From the NCBI GenBank assembly GCA_026387665.1, contig JAPLLG010000011.1, positions 43,396-107,395 on the forward strand: a DNA stretch of 64,000 bases, in the 5' to 3' direction. The position numbers were made by a program, and so were the translations under genes. The DNA comes from Nitrospirota bacterium (GTDB taxonomy: Bacteria; Nitrospirota; Nitrospiria; Nitrospirales; Nitrospiraceae). Positions within the stretch are counted from its first letter, which is position 1; each line of letters starts with the position of its first letter. The notes under the pieces are model-generated. The model had not been told where the DNA came from. It did no database searches and saw only the letters and a list, made by a program, of their open reading frames with translations. Positions 50,214 through 60,172 of the stretch are shown here, one piece after another.

Positions 50214-51518
50214 TTAGAAGAGGTAGATGATTTGGAATGACAGGGTTTCTTGATTGTTCACCGGTCGATTGCCATAGAGAAACACGTTCTTGTCTGATTT
50301 ATCGTACCGGAACTCGGTCCGCGTGATCAGAGAAGGAAATGGCTTGTATTGAAGCGTAAAGGTATTCTCCCAGAGTGTTTGAGCCGTCGGCGGGGCCGCG
50401 ACCGTCGCGGTCGCCCCCGCACAGGTATTGGTGCCTCCGGCAAACCCGAATGTTCCACTACAGGTCCGAGCCCCTCCCGCATCCTCGAAGATTTCCCCGC
50501 GGAATCTGGCGCTCCATTGATCGGTGAAATCATGGGTCAGGTAGCCGGCCAGCCCATTCCATCGAGCATTTCGTGATCGGTTGACCGTGCTCGCGTTCCC
50601 TTCATTCCCGTAGTAGGGCTCCAGAACGATCGTGTCCTGGTCGGTGGCCTTGACGGTCATGATCGTCCCCACCACCGTCCGCTTGGCCGTCGGATCGGCG
50701 CCGGTGGAGGCAGGTGCCGTCCCTTGGCTGTTGGATTGCTCTGCGCCGTAGGACCCGTAGAAACTCATACCGAACTTCTCATGCGGTGTCAGAGCCAGGA
50801 GCCACTCAAAGGATTTGCTCTTGTTGTTATCCGTCACGTTATCCCACCCGTTGATCACGCCGATCGAGGCAGTCACAAGCGGATTGAACGTATAGCTGAG
50901 CCGGACGCCGGTGGTCGTGAAGGCCTGACCCAAGCCGAACATGAAACTGCGGGAAAAGTTCGGGTTCTCGAAACTGTTGATCACCTCATAGCCGATCAAC
51001 GTATTGATCTTCCCTGCTTGAATCTTCAGGCCATTGCCAACCGGGGCGATGTATTCGCCGTAGACCTCTTGAAAGTCGAGCTCGTTGTTGCTGGTGCCTG
51101 GCGCGAAATTGGTACGCGCCCTCGTCACCCTGGCATCCAACCCGAAGTTCAGCCTGGTACGGAACCCGAGCCGGTCCATGCCGCTCCCCGCTCCATCAGC
51201 AGGCCGTTCAAGCATGATTTGCACCATGTGGGTCGAAAAGGAATTCGCATCGGTGTCGAAGATATGCAGTTGATTGAGATTGGTATTGGGATTATTGAAA
51301 TTGTGGGTATAGGCTACATCCAGAAACCCGGAGGCCTTGAATCCCAAGGTCTTCCAGATGGACGGCGCATCCACTTTCTTCTCTAAGGAATCCAGCCGCT
51401 CCTGCACGGTCGGCGCCGGGGCCGGCGGCGCCGCTGGCCCTTGGGCAAATACTGCGTTGCCGCCGAGCAGCGACAACAGCGCCCACAATCCTATACAGAT
51501 GAGACTGCGTACTGACAT
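50214..51518 (-). CDS. outer-membrane porin (nitrogen-cluster associated)
   Basis: Start set at ATG 51518 (MSVRSLICIGLWALLSLLGGNAVFAQG signal peptide, GGAGGA RBS). Beta-strand-rich with a terminal ...FQIIYLF. The longer track ORF translates the leader RNA. Confidence 0.75.
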   Translation of the reverse strand: MSVRSLICIGLWALLSLLGGNAVFAQGPAAPPAPAPTVQERLDSLEKKVDAPSIWKTLGFKASGFLDVAYTHNFNNPNTNLNQLHIFDTDANSFSTHMVQIMLERPADGAGSGMDRLGFRTRLNFGLDARVTRARTNFAPGTSNNELDFQEVYGEYIAPVGNGLKIQAGKINTLIGYEVINSFENPNFSRSFMFGLGQAFTTTGVRLSYTFNPLVTASIGVINGWDNVTDNNKSKSFEWLLALTPHEKFGMSFYGSYGAEQSNSQGTAPASTGADPTAKRTVVGTIMTVKATDQDTIVLEPYYGNEGNASTVNRSRNARWNGLAGYLTHDFTDQWSARFRGEIFEDAGGARTCSGTFGFAGGTNTCAGATATVAAPPTAQTLWENTFTLQYKPFPSLITRTEFRYDKSDKNVFLYGNRPVNNQETLSFQIIYLF

Positions 51519-51711
51519 AGTGACATCCTCCCTCGTCCGATTGGTGATTCCGTTGCTCATGCCCCTTGCCGCTCTCACCTCGACGACGTCGTCGCCACGC
51601 ACGCCCTTGTGCGCAATCTCTCTCCCCTCACGTCCAGATCGATTCCACCAGCCAACCGATCCATCTCGATTCTCAGCTTTTCCACGCGATTCAGCCTGCT
51701 CGAGTGTAGTC

Positions 51712-51803
51712 AAAAAAAAACGCCCTCTAGCCCGCTGGGGCTGGAGGACGCCATTGTCCATGCCGTACTATCTTGAGGCCGGTGGGAAACGCCGTTGTTC
51801 CCC
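51712..51803 (-). promoter_or_regulatory. ANTAR-type antiterminator/terminator leader 3 (before porin-amt-amt-glnB-glnD-glnA)
   Basis: Minus sense. P1 is GGGGAAC-AACGGC-GUUUCCC (51784-51803), followed by a ~23-nt linker. P2 is GGAC-AAUGGC-GUCC (51746-51759). The terminator CGUCCUC-c-AGCCC-cagc-GGGCU-a-GAGGGCG + U9 (51712-51750) reuses the 3' arm of P2. Confidence 0.7.
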
Positions 51804-51818
51804 TGTCCGATGGGCCAC

Positions 51819-51848
51819 CTTGTATCATGTAGCGGGAAAATCTGTCAA
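51819..51848 (-). promoter_or_regulatory. candidate sigma-70-type promoter for leader 3
   Basis: Minus sense TTGACA-N18-TACAAG, ending about 16 nt before P1. Confidence 0.3.
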
Positions 51849-51914
51849 CGTCTTTGCCTGTCATATACTCCGGCCTGGCCAGGACCTATCGTCTGTGCTA
51901 GATTCACTCATACT

Positions 51915-52886
51915 ATGCTCCTTCCATCGCCATCCTCGCCGATAGAGTTGCCACGCAAGTCTGCGTTTTCCCTGGTCCTCCTCTGTCTTCTCTGCGCCGC
52001 CTGTACGATGGTCGACCAGAGCGACAGAGTCCTCTTCGAAGACCCGCGCGGAACGGTGACGCTGCACCGGATGCCAGATCAATCGATTCAGGCCAGTCAC
52101 CCGATCAGCCTGGAGCCAGCCCTCATCGCCCGTGTCTTGAGCGGCATGCAGGTCCAGGAACGCCAACGGACCCTCCAAGAGATGTTGGGTGGATCGGCCT
52201 CCGCCTTGCCGGTCTTTTCGCCCGAAGAAGTCCAATTCCTCACTCCCAGGATTACCAAAGCCCTCACAACCGCCTCAACGGGAGAGGCCGTATCATTCCA
52301 GGTCACGAGCCCTCGCCAAAACACTGGCCGCTTGGAACATGCAGTCATCGAAACCACGACAGGCTCTCTCTACGCTTATGGCCTCTCGCTGTATGTGACG
52401 CTCGCTCAATATCGACATGCGCCGACCCAAGCGAACACGGACGGGCTTGCCCACCGGAAGCTGCCAGACTCGTCCAACCTGTCAAATCGCACCCTGTCGT
52501 TCACTCCAAGCCTTGCCCAACGGTCCGATACTTTCAACCGGTCGACAGGCGGAAGCTCGACCGACCGGTTTCTCGTCATCGACTATCAGCTGCTGCAACA
52601 GACCGCGCCAGTAGCAGCAACAACCACTGAGCAACCTGCGCCTCAGGTGGAACGGGCCGCACAACCTCGCGAGCCTCTCGCGGGAGTCACGCCACCCAAT
52701 ACTCCATCCCGCACCGCAGAGCCCCTGGCTCAGCGCGAAATGGAGATTCGCACGTTGAAAGATCTCGTGGTCAAAAAAGACTTGGAGTTGGAAACCGTCA
52801 GGAAGGAACTGCAATCAGTTCGCAAACAACTCGATAGCCAGAAGCGAAAACCCGCACCGTTAAAGCCCCGGCAGATCGCCCCGTAA
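51915..52886 (+). CDS. lipoprotein with C-terminal coiled coil (hypothetical)
   Basis: ATG 51915. Lipobox-like LLCAAC and a C-terminal heptad-like region LKDLVVKKDLELETVRKELQSVRKQLD. Confidence 0.55.
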   Translation: MLLPSPSSPIELPRKSAFSLVLLCLLCAACTMVDQSDRVLFEDPRGTVTLHRMPDQSIQASHPISLEPALIARVLSGMQVQERQRTLQEMLGGSASALPVFSPEEVQFLTPRITKALTTASTGEAVSFQVTSPRQNTGRLEHAVIETTTGSLYAYGLSLYVTLAQYRHAPTQANTDGLAHRKLPDSSNLSNRTLSFTPSLAQRSDTFNRSTGGSSTDRFLVIDYQLLQQTAPVAATTTEQPAPQVERAAQPREPLAGVTPPNTPSRTAEPLAQREMEIRTLKDLVVKKDLELETVRKELQSVRKQLDSQKRKPAPLKPRQIAP

Positions 52887-52935
52887 CCATCCCCTCTGCT
52901 ATTCAGATATTTGTGCTACTACCTGAAATTCATCC

Positions 52936-53061
52936 CGCAGGATGCTCAAAAGGCCCATTCAGTAAGGCCGCAACGAGTGAAGGGCCGAGGCGTGCCCGTA
53001 GGGCACGTTGATGGCCTGAACGATGCGAGAACGAAGCTGACGGGCTTTTTCAGCATCCTGC
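52936..53061. repeat. Imperfect-palindrome intergenic repeat, copy D
   Basis: GCAGGATGCTCAAAAGGCCC...GGGCTTTTTCAGCATCCTGC. Core is GCGAGAACGAAGCTGAC. Abuts the nadE stop. Confidence 0.85.
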
Positions 53062-54839
53062 TAAAAATTACGATAGCCGTTCGTGATCGGCATCCGCCGA
53101 TCCTTGCCCAAAGCCCGCTGTGTGATCTTGATGCCGATCGGCGCCTGCCGGCGCTTGTACTCGCTGCCATCCACTAACGCAATCACGCGGGCCACCGTCG
53201 TGCGGTCGTACCCCGCTTCAACGATCTCTTCGAGCGACCGGTCTTCTTCCACATAGGCCTGGAGAATGGGATCTAAGATCTCATAGGGAGGCAACGAGTC
53301 TTCATCCTTTTGATTGGGCCTCAGCTCGGCGGTCGGCGGCCGATCGAGCGTCCGTTTGGGGATTGCCGGGGTTACGCCACGACGATTGCGCAGCTTCGCC
53401 AGATCATAGACCATCGTCTTCGGGACGTCCTTGATTGCGGCAAAGCCGCCTGCCATATCCCCATACAGAGTGGCGTAGCCCACGCTCATCTCGCTCTTAT
53501 TGCCTGTGGTGAGCACCAGGTGGCCGAACTTATTGGAGAAGGCCATCAGCAAGTTGCCCCGGATGCGGGCCTGGAGATTCTCTTCCGTCGTATCTGGCGC
53601 GCGGCCCTCAAACGTCTCCGCAAGCGATTGCCGATAGGTATCAAACAGCGTCGTGATGGGAATCGTGCGCACGGAAATCGCAAGCCGTTTTCCCAATTCA
53701 GCCACATCCTCGTAACTGTCTTGCGATGTGTAGGGCGACGGCATGAACAGACCCCACACATTCTCGGCTCCCAGCGCATCGACGGCCAGCACGGCAGTCA
53801 AGGCCGAGTCCACTCCACCGCTCAACCCGATCATGACCCGTGTAAATCCATTTTTCCTCACGTAGTCTCGCACGCCAAGCGTGAGGGCCCGATACACTTC
53901 CTCCAGTGGGTCCAGGGCCGCTACCAGATCAGGAACCGCCCGCGCGCGAACTTTGGGAACGGCCGGAAGCGACGCCGCGCAAATTTCCACCGTGGAGGCA
54001 ACCCGTCGAGGAAGGAGCTTCTTCTGGCCCTGCGTACGCCTCGCCCGCGCGACCGCCTCCATATTGAGGTCAGCCACGATAAGATCCTCCTCGAAGGCTT
54101 TCCCTCGCGCGATGACCTCACCCTGATGATCGAGGATCACACTGTTCCCGTCGAAGACCAGCTCGTCCTGCCCGCCGACCACGTTGGTGTAGGTCAACAC
54201 CACCCCGTTTTCCCTCGCGCGGGTCGCCAACATCTGTTCGCGCACCCGGCTCTTGCCCAGATGAAAGGGCGAGGCATTGATGTTGACGATGACTTCGGCG
54301 CCAGCCGCTGCCTGAAACCGCGTCGGGCCTTCCGGCACCCAGACGTCCTCGCAAATATTGACCCCGATCAACGTGCCACGCAGGCGGATGAGCGGCAACC
54401 GCCGGCCTGGATGAAAATAGCGGCTCTCGTCGAACACCCCGTAGTTCGGCAGATACCACTTGCAATAGGTCGTGATGAGTTTTTGATCGGCGATGAACGC
54501 CGCCGCATTGTAGAGTTCGTGCGAACCGGCCGGCACCACCGACGAACGGGCCGGCTTCGGATCGATGCCATCGCTCTGGCTGACGTAGCCCACCACCGCG
54601 GCAAGGCCCCGGCAGTGCCGAACGATTTCCTGAAGCGCGCGGCGATTGTCCGCGATAAAACGAGGCTTCAACAAGAGGTCTTCGGGCGGATAGCCGGTGA
54701 TCGCCAGTTCGGGGAATGCGACTAAGTCGACCTTTGCCTTCTTCGCCTCGCGCAGCCAGGCCGTGATCCGGCGGACGTTTCCGTCGAGATCTCCGACCGT
54801 CGGATTCATCTGCACCATGGCGATACGAAACGTACGCAT
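53061..54839 (-). CDS. nadE: glutamine-dependent NAD+ synthetase
   Basis: 592 aa. N-terminal CN-hydrolase (nitrilase-like) domain plus C-terminal NAD synthetase with the SGGVDS PP-loop. Confidence 0.92.
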   Translation of the reverse strand: MRTFRIAMVQMNPTVGDLDGNVRRITAWLREAKKAKVDLVAFPELAITGYPPEDLLLKPRFIADNRRALQEIVRHCRGLAAVVGYVSQSDGIDPKPARSSVVPAGSHELYNAAAFIADQKLITTYCKWYLPNYGVFDESRYFHPGRRLPLIRLRGTLIGVNICEDVWVPEGPTRFQAAAGAEVIVNINASPFHLGKSRVREQMLATRARENGVVLTYTNVVGGQDELVFDGNSVILDHQGEVIARGKAFEEDLIVADLNMEAVARARRTQGQKKLLPRRVASTVEICAASLPAVPKVRARAVPDLVAALDPLEEVYRALTLGVRDYVRKNGFTRVMIGLSGGVDSALTAVLAVDALGAENVWGLFMPSPYTSQDSYEDVAELGKRLAISVRTIPITTLFDTYRQSLAETFEGRAPDTTEENLQARIRGNLLMAFSNKFGHLVLTTGNKSEMSVGYATLYGDMAGGFAAIKDVPKTMVYDLAKLRNRRGVTPAIPKRTLDRPPTAELRPNQKDEDSLPPYEILDPILQAYVEEDRSLEEIVEAGYDRTTVARVIALVDGSEYKRRQAPIGIKITQRALGKDRRMPITNGYRNF

Positions 54840-54846
54840 AGCCCCC

Positions 54847-56112
54847 TTAGTGCCTGACTCGATCGGCCCGTTCTTCGATATCGCCCGCGAGGAGAATCGC
54901 CTCGGCGATCTCGCGCATCGATTTCCGAAGATCCATACTTTGGCGTTGAATGAGCTTGAAGGCCTCTTCTTCGGTCAGCTTCTTCGCACGCATGAGATAA
55001 CCCTTGGCCCGCTCCATGAGCTTCCGAACCGCCAGCGCTTCCTGCATCTCGAAGGACTTCTCGATCAGGGTCGTATGCTCGATGGCGATGGCCGCCTGAT
55101 TCGCGATGGCCTGGAGTAGCTTGACCTCTTCGCTGGTAAACACGTGAGGCACGGCCGTATAGCTATTGATCACCCCCACAGCCTTTTCCCGCACCATCAT
55201 CGGGACAGAGACCATCGAACAGAGCCCTTCCTTCTTGGCCAAATCCGGGAACATATAGTCCTGCTCTTTAGTCACGTCGGCCACAATGATCGGCCTGCGA
55301 TCTTGCACGGCGCGCCCGCTGATACTCTGCCCGACCTTGAGGTTCGGCTTCCGGCGGTATTGCTCGCTGAGGCTTTGCGTCGCCTCGATCCGCAACTCTC
55401 CACTCACCTGATCCAGCAACATGATCGAGCAGATCTTGGAATTCATCATTTGCGCGGTCATCGTGACCAGGAGTTGCAGCACATCTTCGATCAAACGATT
55501 GGAGGCCACCGTTTCCGACACCAGCGACAGGGTTTCCACCTGCAGGGCCTTGCGTTTCATTTGATCGTAGAGCCGCGCATTCTCAATCGCGCCACCGACC
55601 TGATTGGCAATAGTGGACAACAGCGCGATCTCGTCGGGCCGATAGCGCTTGGGACGCTTGTGCTGCACATTGATCACGCCAACCACTTCCTTCTTGGCCA
55701 TGATCGGCACGGAGACAAAGGCTTGATGGCGGTCTTCCGGAAGGTTGTGAAAAAACTTGAAGCGCGGGTCGTCGCTCGCATTGCTCGGAATCACAACGCG
55801 GGTCCGTTCCTGGGCTACCCACCCGGTGATGCCCTCGCCCAACCCGATCGTGATGCGGCCGATTAATTTCGGATGGGGATTCTTGGAGGCTCGCAGGATG
55901 AGTTCGTCCTGGCCATCCGACAAGAGATAGAGAAGACAGGCATCCGCCTTAGTGACTTCGACGACCACTTCGACGATATGCCGGAGGACGGCTTCAAGAT
56001 CCAGCTGGTTGCTGATCGATTCCGTGATCCGATGGAGCACATCGACTTCGCGTGTTTTTTCGCGCAACGCCTGCTGGAGATGAGCCACGGAGGGTGTGCG
56101 TTTGGTCGTCAT
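54847..56112 (-). CDS. GAF-GAF-ANTAR RNA-binding antitermination regulator
   Basis: 421 aa. Two GAF-like halves (each ending ..VGVIN...) followed by ALAVRKLMERAKGYLMRAKKLTEEEAFKLIQRQSMDLRKSMREIAEAIL. This matches the ANTAR consensus (..IE.AKG.LM....L.E.EA...L...SM..........A..I.). Confidence 0.88.
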   Translation of the reverse strand: MTTKRTPSVAHLQQALREKTREVDVLHRITESISNQLDLEAVLRHIVEVVVEVTKADACLLYLLSDGQDELILRASKNPHPKLIGRITIGLGEGITGWVAQERTRVVIPSNASDDPRFKFFHNLPEDRHQAFVSVPIMAKKEVVGVINVQHKRPKRYRPDEIALLSTIANQVGGAIENARLYDQMKRKALQVETLSLVSETVASNRLIEDVLQLLVTMTAQMMNSKICSIMLLDQVSGELRIEATQSLSEQYRRKPNLKVGQSISGRAVQDRRPIIVADVTKEQDYMFPDLAKKEGLCSMVSVPMMVREKAVGVINSYTAVPHVFTSEEVKLLQAIANQAAIAIEHTTLIEKSFEMQEALAVRKLMERAKGYLMRAKKLTEEEAFKLIQRQSMDLRKSMREIAEAILLAGDIEERADRVRH

Positions 56113-57338
56113 ATGGCTTGCCTTTTCGCACGAACCTTGCGACGGACAGGAGCCTTGCCGTGCCGGCTGTCACTCGAAGATTTTCTTCCGCGGCCATGTG
56201 TGACCTGAAACCATTCGGCGCAGATCTGTTGCTCAATCGGCTGAATCGTCACCTCACCAATGCGCACAGGCCAAACCCCGATGACTTGTCCCCCGACCAC
56301 CTTCTTGTCATGCTGCATCGCCTTCCAGATGGGGCCAAAGGCTGTTCGGGAGACCTGTTCGGACAAGCCGGCACGCTGCACCAGACTTCTAATCCGCTCG
56401 ACCACCTCACGAGTGCAGAGCCCCATATGACAGGCCAGATCCGCTTCTTGCACCAAGCCGATCCCCACCGCTTCACCATGGATCAACCCGCGATAGCCTC
56501 CAAGAGACTCCAAGGCATGGCCGATCGTGTGGCCGTAGTTGAGAATGCGGCGGCGATCCGCTTCCCGCTCGTCCCCGGCAACGACCTCCGCCTTGATCTC
56601 ACAGGATCGCTTAATCACATGGCTGACTGGCTCGTCCGCCAACTTCAAGAGCGCTGGCATCTCCTGCTCCAAAAAGACGAAAAACTCTTCGTCGGCGATA
56701 ATGCCGTACTTGATTACTTCAGCCAGACCGGCGATCCATTCGCGGCGCGGCAGGGTGCGTAACGTGAGGGGATCGATCAGGACGGCGCGAGGCTGATAAA
56801 AGGCCCCGATCAGGTTCTTGCCCAATCGATGGTCCACACCGGTCTTGCCTCCGACGCTGGAATCGACTTGCGCGACCAGCGTGGTCGGCACCTGCACAAA
56901 CGGGATGCCTCGTTGATAGATCGCGGCGGCAAAGCCGGTGATATCGCCAATAACTCCGCCACCGAGGGCTAGTAAGAGGGACTGACGTTCGAACTTGTGC
57001 TGGGCCAAGACATCGAGAACCTTGGCAATGGTGCCGAGCGTCTTGGTGCGCTCTCCAGGCGGCAAGATAATCGGAGTGGGATCGTAGCCAGCCTTACGAA
57101 GCGAGCGGAGGGTGCCCTGAAGATAATGGCTGGCCACATGCCGGTCCGTCACCACCCCGATCTTCGGAGAGGTGGTCAAGGTGCGGAGCCGATCGCCCAC
57201 AGTGGCAAGGAGCCCGGGATGGAGCACAATGTCGTAACTCCGCTCCCCCAACGTCACCGGTATAATCTGTTCCGCCACAGCAGCCCTGCTCACACGACGA
57301 TCCCTCCTACCCCACGATAAACCGATTGCTTCCCCCAT
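56109..57338 (-). CDS. aroB: 3-dehydroquinate synthase
   Basis: AroB motifs (GGGVIGD..GF.A, nucleotide and metal-binding His residues). The start is uncertain (ATG 57338, GTG 57293 or track start 57374). The basic C-terminal tail overlaps the ANTAR gene start (ATGA). Confidence 0.88.
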   Translation of the reverse strand: MGEAIGLSWGRRDRRVSRAAVAEQIIPVTLGERSYDIVLHPGLLATVGDRLRTLTTSPKIGVVTDRHVASHYLQGTLRSLRKAGYDPTPIILPPGERTKTLGTIAKVLDVLAQHKFERQSLLLALGGGVIGDITGFAAAIYQRGIPFVQVPTTLVAQVDSSVGGKTGVDHRLGKNLIGAFYQPRAVLIDPLTLRTLPRREWIAGLAEVIKYGIIADEEFFVFLEQEMPALLKLADEPVSHVIKRSCEIKAEVVAGDEREADRRRILNYGHTIGHALESLGGYRGLIHGEAVGIGLVQEADLACHMGLCTREVVERIRSLVQRAGLSEQVSRTAFGPIWKAMQHDKKVVGGQVIGVWPVRIGEVTIQPIEQQICAEWFQVTHGRGRKSSSDSRHGKAPVRRKVRAKRQAI

Positions 57339-57566
57339 TCTTTTTGAACAGGAGAGCCTGGGCTCACGACACACTTCGCCTGATGTGATGAGGAATTGCG
57401 AAGGCTAAAATCGGCAGAATGGTATCACAACGGTGCAGAAACTAGAAGATTCCTCTGCCTTGGTCTGGCAGGAGCCTGTGGGGGATCGCTTAGGGGATGG
57501 AGCCGCTGAGGAAGCAGCCCTGTCACTGTTGCGCACCGACATCAGTGCAGGGCCAAAGGTCGGCTG

Positions 57567-59513
57567 CTAACTCTTCACGATACTGGGCGTCAAGAAAATG
57601 AGAAGCTCCTGCTTCGCCACAGACTCGGTCTTGTTTTTGAAGAGCCATCCCAGAACAGGCACGCGTGAGAGATAGGGAATACCGCCCGAGCTGTTACTTT
57701 GCGTGTCGATAAAGACCCCGCCGATCACCATGGTCTCGCCATCGCGGATGATGACCTGCGTATTGGCTTCGCGGCGATCGATACTCGGACCTGCCGGATT
57801 GCTCCTGGACCCCACCGCGTTTCTGGTTGCGCGAACTTTCAGCATGATCTGTTTACCGACTTCTTTGGGGTCACGAGAGGTAATCTGAGGGGTCACATTC
57901 AATTCCAGATTTGCATCCACAAAGGTGGTCTGAGTCCCCTGGAGTGAGGTCGTCTGGAAGGGAATCGATTCTCCCTGTGAGATTTTGGCCTCCCGCTTAT
58001 CCAACGTTGTCACTTTTGGCGCAGCAATGACTTTGCTCAGACCGAGCATCTCGCCTGCCGACAACCGCACATCCAACAGCGCACCACCTCCGTCAGTCCT
58101 CCCAAATGTAAACCCAACGCCAGGAGTTGACGCTAACCCAGCGACCGCCGCGGGAAGATTCACCAGATAGTTACTCGTTTGGTGACCGAATGTTCCGTCA
58201 GTGCCAGTCCTGAAATTCGCCACGCCTTGGGGAGCTCCCAACGGATTCACATTCTGCATCCCCCACTGCACGCCGAGCGAACGGGAATAGTTCGTATCTG
58301 CCTGGACAATCCTGGCTTCGATCTGGACTTGCGGCACTTCCAGATCCAGCCCGTCGACCAGCTGCTTCATCACGCTCATCTTACTTTCCGTATCCCGAAC
58401 AATCAACGCATTCGACCCCTGACTGACTTGCATGAGCCCTCGCGGGCTCAAATACTGACGCAGCGCCGTCATGAGTTCCGACGCCTGCAGGTTCCTCACA
58501 TAGAAGACCCGATCCACGAGCTCTTCCGCCTTAGCCTTCGCATCCTTCGCCTGCGCTTCTTCGTTCTGCTGCTTCGCCAAGTTCGCCAGCGAATCGATCC
58601 AGATGATATTGCCCTGCCGGATCTTGCCCAATCCGTTCATCTTCAAGATCATGTCGAGCGCCTGATCCCAGGGGACGCTCACAAGCTTCATCGTGACCTT
58701 GCTCTTGATCCCTTCGCCGACCACCATATTGAATCCGCTCACCTCTGCAATCAGGCGCAGCACATTGCCGATCTCGGCCTGTTGAAAGTCCAGCGAAATA
58801 CGCCGACCGATATACCGGGTTTCTCCAACGACCAAATCTTCCTTCGGCGTATTCTTCTCGCTGGAATCCGTGTCAGAAATCAGCTGTACCGGCCGCACGT
58901 AAAATTTCGTCGAAGACCGATGCACCGCAGCCACGGCAGGCTGTGCTGCCAAAGGACTCGCGCTCACTTTAATCGGTTTCCGTACCGGCCGCTCCAGCGT
59001 GATCGTTTCGGCCGCAACCTTGCGGGAATACTCCGCATCCGCAAGCGCATCGATCCCTGCATCGCCTCGAAGCGTGACAATGAGATCCGGCCCTTGCGGT
59101 TCAAACGAGTAGCTGACCTGACCGATCAGATCCAAGACCACGCGCATTTTGTCCGGGTGAGATCCCATGCGCACTCGCTGCAGCATCTGGTGATTCACCG
59201 GCATGATCGATTGGCTGAGGGTGGACACCACATGGGGAAGATCGATCACCAGACGTCGTTCATCCAAGCGCCTCACCCGATGGGACAGCGTGCCATCCCC
59301 CGAGATGACCACACGGACATCGTCAATCCCGCGTTGCACATCGATGCGAGTCAGGGTCTTCGCCAACGCCTCCTCGACTCGTGAGGAGAGGCCTGAATCG
59401 GCAATAGGCAAATCAGCTGCCTCCGTCGAAGTCATAGCCATCGGGAGGCTGAGCGCTCCCGCCATCGAAAGGAGGCGAACCAATATCGTTGTCTGTGTCA
59501 GCTTAGGTGTCAT
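57567..59513 (-). CDS. pilQ: type IV pilus secretin PilQ
   Basis: 648 aa. AMIN-like N-terminal domains, N0/N1, and a C-terminal secretin domain (...GGIPYLSRVPVLGWLF). Confidence 0.92.
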   Translation of the reverse strand: MTPKLTQTTILVRLLSMAGALSLPMAMTSTEAADLPIADSGLSSRVEEALAKTLTRIDVQRGIDDVRVVISGDGTLSHRVRRLDERRLVIDLPHVVSTLSQSIMPVNHQMLQRVRMGSHPDKMRVVLDLIGQVSYSFEPQGPDLIVTLRGDAGIDALADAEYSRKVAAETITLERPVRKPIKVSASPLAAQPAVAAVHRSSTKFYVRPVQLISDTDSSEKNTPKEDLVVGETRYIGRRISLDFQQAEIGNVLRLIAEVSGFNMVVGEGIKSKVTMKLVSVPWDQALDMILKMNGLGKIRQGNIIWIDSLANLAKQQNEEAQAKDAKAKAEELVDRVFYVRNLQASELMTALRQYLSPRGLMQVSQGSNALIVRDTESKMSVMKQLVDGLDLEVPQVQIEARIVQADTNYSRSLGVQWGMQNVNPLGAPQGVANFRTGTDGTFGHQTSNYLVNLPAAVAGLASTPGVGFTFGRTDGGGALLDVRLSAGEMLGLSKVIAAPKVTTLDKREAKISQGESIPFQTTSLQGTQTTFVDANLELNVTPQITSRDPKEVGKQIMLKVRATRNAVGSRSNPAGPSIDRREANTQVIIRDGETMVIGGVFIDTQSNSSGGIPYLSRVPVLGWLFKNKTESVAKQELLIFLTPSIVKS

Positions 59514-60136
59514 TCTGCACTCTCTTTCGGATGAAGGAGCTTGACGTATTCCCGCTCCTGCTTGCTCCCATACACATCGGTGAACCGTTCTTGCACAACA
59601 ATGCCTTTTTCAGTCACATCACTCACGACGCCATTATTGGGGCCGATACGCGTGCCTCGACGCACCGTATAGCCATTCCCGTCCGGCGTCTGGACCATCG
59701 CCGCATAGCCATAGGCACCCCAGACCACCGCGATCAAGTTCATCTCCGTGAGCCCAACCCGTTGGAGCGGGGGCAATGTGGGGTCAATCGGCCCGAGACT
59801 CAACTGTTGCAGAACCGGCTCAAACGGATCGCGCCGGCCAGAGGGATCATACGAATGGGTGCCCACTGGCTCCACGCTCAAATTCGGCGCAACCGGTTGC
59901 GGCTTCTCATCAACGGCTGCCTCGGCAACGGGTGGAGCCGACATCGGCCTCAACACCTCAGCGAGAGAGGGCATTTTCAACGAATCCTGCCGCAGGGGGG
60001 TCATCTGCCTGGCACGAACACCCATCCCTCCCTCGGCGCAAACAAGCCCGACTGCATCAAGCAGACAGACCGATCCGATAAGAATTACCGTTGCCGTCCT
60101 CACGGTCAACCTCCGATGTTTACGAATAGCATTCAT
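59510..60136 (-). CDS. pilP: type IV pilus assembly protein PilP
   Basis: 208 aa in the pilP position within pilMNOPQ, with PilP-like C-terminal beta-domain sequence. Confidence 0.75.
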   Translation of the reverse strand: MNAIRKHRRLTVRTATVILIGSVCLLDAVGLVCAEGGMGVRARQMTPLRQDSLKMPSLAEVLRPMSAPPVAEAAVDEKPQPVAPNLSVEPVGTHSYDPSGRRDPFEPVLQQLSLGPIDPTLPPLQRVGLTEMNLIAVVWGAYGYAAMVQTPDGNGYTVRRGTRIGPNNGVVSDVTEKGIVVQERFTDVYGSKQEREYVKLLHPKESAE

Positions 60137-60172
60137 CGCTCATGGCCTCTCAGCTACTGAACACTCTGCGCA

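Noticed and set aside
50214-51761. Long form of the porin ORF, with 81 extra N-terminal residues.
   Set aside because: The extension translates the leader RNA and terminator. A signal peptide with a good RBS begins at 51518.
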